64,000 nt of DNA from NCBI GenBank assembly GCA_040830765.1, contig JBFOMH010000005.1:352001-416000 (forward strand), in the 5' to 3' direction. Of the stretch, positions 62,701 to 64,000 are shown one piece after another. The notes under the pieces were generated by a model. It saw only the letters and a list, made by a program, of their open reading frames with translations. It had not been told where the DNA came from and did no database searches. This DNA comes from Puniceicoccaceae bacterium. GTDB taxonomy: Bacteria > Verrucomicrobiota > Verrucomicrobiia > Opitutales > Oceanipulchritudinaceae. Each line of letters starts with the position of its first letter. Within the stretch, counting starts at the first letter, position 1. A program made the translations under genes and the position numbers.

Positions 62701-63451
62701 GAACAGAGACTTTGCCATGCCCAGCCTCGCTCTCGGTACTAACTTCCGAAAATCGAAAGCCGCTGTGGGCGAGATCCAGTTGCGTCAGGCGGTGGTTGAT
62801 TCGCTGGTACCGGAGGGCCTTGCCGGCCTGGCGCTTCAGGGAAGTCGTCTGTCGGGCCACTTCCTCCATGACATCGGTCACCCGGGCCAGGTTGGCGTCA
62901 ACCTGGGCCAGCTTGTTCAGGGCTTCCCGCCGCTGGGCCTTGTACTTGGAAATGCCCGCTGCTTCCTCGAAAATGGCCCGTCGCTCACTGGGATTGCTGG
63001 AGAGGACCTGGTCAATCTGACCCTGCAGCATGAAGGAATAGCTCACCTGGCCAACGCCGGTATCAAGAAAGAGATTGTGGATGTCCTTCAGGCGGCAGGT
63101 CTTGCCGTTGAGCAGATATTCGCTCCCCCCGTCACGGATGACCCGGCGGGTCACCTCCACCTCATTGTGGGGGGTTCCTAGGCTCTTTTCGCAATCGGTG
63201 AAAACAAGCGATACTTCACAGAGATTGACCTGCTTACGGCCCGACGTTCCCTGGAAAATGACATCCTGCATCGCTCCGGCCCGCAGGGACTTGGCACTCT
63301 GCTCCCCGAGGACCCAGCGGATGGCGTCGGCGATATTGCTCTTGCCACAGCCGTTCGGACCGACGATAGCCGTAACCCCGCGCTCCAGATCCAGCCGGAC
63401 TGGATCCGCAAAACTTTTAAAACCATGAAGACGGAGTTCTTTTAAATACAT
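59735..63451 (-). CDS. smc: Chromosome segregation protein SMC
   Basis: GFKSFAD, GPNGCGKSN, coiled coils, hinge, GPVNLVAIEEY, LSGGQK, LDEIDAPLD, ITH. Confidence 0.97.
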   Translation of the reverse strand: MYLKELRLHGFKSFADPVRLDLERGVTAIVGPNGCGKSNIADAIRWVLGEQSAKSLRAGAMQDVIFQGTSGRKQVNLCEVSLVFTDCEKSLGTPHNEVEVTRRVIRDGGSEYLLNGKTCRLKDIHNLFLDTGVGQVSYSFMLQGQIDQVLSSNPSERRAIFEEAAGISKYKAQRREALNKLAQVDANLARVTDVMEEVARQTTSLKRQAGKALRYQRINHRLTQLDLAHSGFRFSEVSTESEAGHGKVSVLEKEKAGLEKALEATEAGLLDKREKAQELRQRLEEFQREVYDLRSEKENAASRVEMSNVRREDMQERLSRIATELAELAQEEEVLAERLSSETKQKQEQMDLFGNSDEEFQKRSENLADLQKQLNAAETELSRLKQGLLVKESAISRLRSNCTSLELDLKTYQVRHANLTEELQTLSNEKELLQKDRETLEKTRVAREKERERQEAKLAELKEKHQGLMQSFRDLQQTIQETERQRAGLQAQIGVLEDLQSKFEGFSEGAKAILQGKFEETVPAGAIALFLKQLKVKDGFTQAVEQLLGTANDGIFVRDNKMVRTIAHALADKKAGRASLLAKPVHPVNMPGGKAKLPETIIEVASVVSSADKEIQAFLETYFTGCYIAESLDAFLTHWESNPKFAFHLAVTRDGELIDPRGIVLAGSSKAKKENSSFLSRQNQLKKFNKQLADLDDLQERHRLETGQAQGKLDASEKKIEEQGRLISEIGTEITTLQAQFQGVERNLETNGKSHESKSGELEKLEATKGKSTEKLEAARKELEDTETDFEAQKQKIAETETQVDELRKEREAKREDFDEVRFDVAKKKQRLELLDRGLNELQQKSKENEQSRIKRLEEMDSLKKQIAGLQKEAADHGDSEKKIQSSLDKLMKKLDADREALREVEKQIAVVEEGIAPKRESLQKIATELNKTEVNLARQESRLQFIQEECLNKYERDPESIDWKLELWKAGETLPERIRVDIEESTPEDMESVTERPDPTDEERESLDPVDWDAIEEEIASLRTRIQAMGPVNLVAIEEYKDLKERYEFLSTQSEDLWKSKEQLLEAIDEINNTSQSMFAETFAAIRENFLYTFETLFGGGKADLKLVDAEDVLESGIEITAQPPGTRLRNLGLLSGGQKTMTAVALLFAIYMVKPSPFCVLDEIDAPLDDANIGRFTNMLEKFLEFSQFLIITHNKRTISVADSIYGVTMQEKGVSNMISMRFNRATGKAEASDEG

Positions 63452-63546
63452 CTAGGGCTGCTACAATTCCTCGTGAAAAAAGGTCATTCAATGAAGACTC
63501 TTCCACTCAGCAAGGAATAATTAGTCCCAAAACCCATCTAATTGTC

Positions 63547-64000
63547 ATGAAAGCACGATTGAAAAGATTTTCCCTGGCCCTTGCCCTTCTCGCCACAGGG
63601 GTTTTATTCCCGGTCATGACTTCAGCTGAATCCAATGATAGTCCTGCCGTTAAGAAAAAGAGCATTGTCCTCGGGGGCGGTTGCTTCTGGTGTGTCGAGG
63701 CTCTCTATGAAACCTTGGACGGCGTAACCGCAGCCGTTTCCGGCTATGCCGGGGGCGAGACCGACAACCCGGACTATTACAGCGTTTGTTCCGGGCGGAC
63801 CGGACACGCAGAAGTGGTCCGTATTGATTTCGATCCCGAAAAAGTCAGCCTCGAGGAGCTGCTCGACTTCTTCTGGGAAGCCCATGATCCGACCACCCTC
63901 AACCGGCAGGGCGCCGACGTCGGGACCCAGTATCGCTCAATAATCCTTTTCAACTCACCGGAACAGGAAGCAGCTGCCAAGGCGTCTCTAAAGAAGGCAC
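63547..64000 (+). CDS. msrA: Peptide-methionine (S)-S-oxide reductase MsrA with signal peptide, 3' end outside the window (absent from the ORF track)
   Basis: Hand translation from ATG 63547: MKARLKRFSLALALLATG...GGGCFWCVE...SGYAGG...TGHAEVV...HDPTTLNRQGADVGTQYRS. Confidence 0.95.
   Translation, partial: MKARLKRFSLALALLATGVLFPVMTSAESNDSPAVKKKSIVLGGGCFWCVEALYETLDGVTAAVSGYAGGETDNPDYYSVCSGRTGHAEVVRIDFDPEKVSLEELLDFFWEAHDPTTLNRQGADVGTQYRSIILFNSPEQEAAAKASLKKA

Noticed and set aside
59735..63451. SMC as a Wadjet/MksBEF-type defence system
   Set aside because: It is a canonical housekeeping SMC with no jet or mks partner genes alongside.

Overview
Bacterial chromosomal window of moderately high GC, densely coding. 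The PEP-CTERM protein and two lineage-typical C-terminal domains point to Verrucomicrobiota, probably Opitutia/Puniceicoccales (inference). In order: two large secreted proteins (the first cut by the window edge); dps; a minus-strand MacAB-like ABC export operon led by a Cys-rich leader ORF and a strongly folded spacer; a TonB-C lipoprotein; tRNA-Asn(GTT); a bile acid:Na+ symporter; an AraC/NmrA/DUF1772/SnoaL cluster; an orphan PduS-PduT microcompartment pair; a secreted TIM-barrel-like protein divergent from heparinase II/III-like and GH2 genes; rhodanese and cNMP-binding proteins; an orphan ParA with two unknown partners; DUF3300, DUF3667 and an outer-membrane barrel; a roughly 24.7 kb four-gene cluster (PEP-CTERM, 2349-aa Ig protein, 320-aa secreted protein, 5357-aa giant adhesin-like protein with 221-aa tandem repeats); slyX, a CDGSH protein, two Hsp20 genes behind a sigma54-type promoter, smc and a partial msrA. 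Best candidates for undescribed systems: (1) the giant Ig cluster, which looks like a surface-displayed carrier, variable tip, cognate partner and adhesin system; (2) the Cys-rich APP leader plus structured RNA ahead of the exporter; (3) the ParA three-gene module. No CRISPR array, integrase, transposase or rRNA was seen. All family calls are by-eye motif recognition, not database results.
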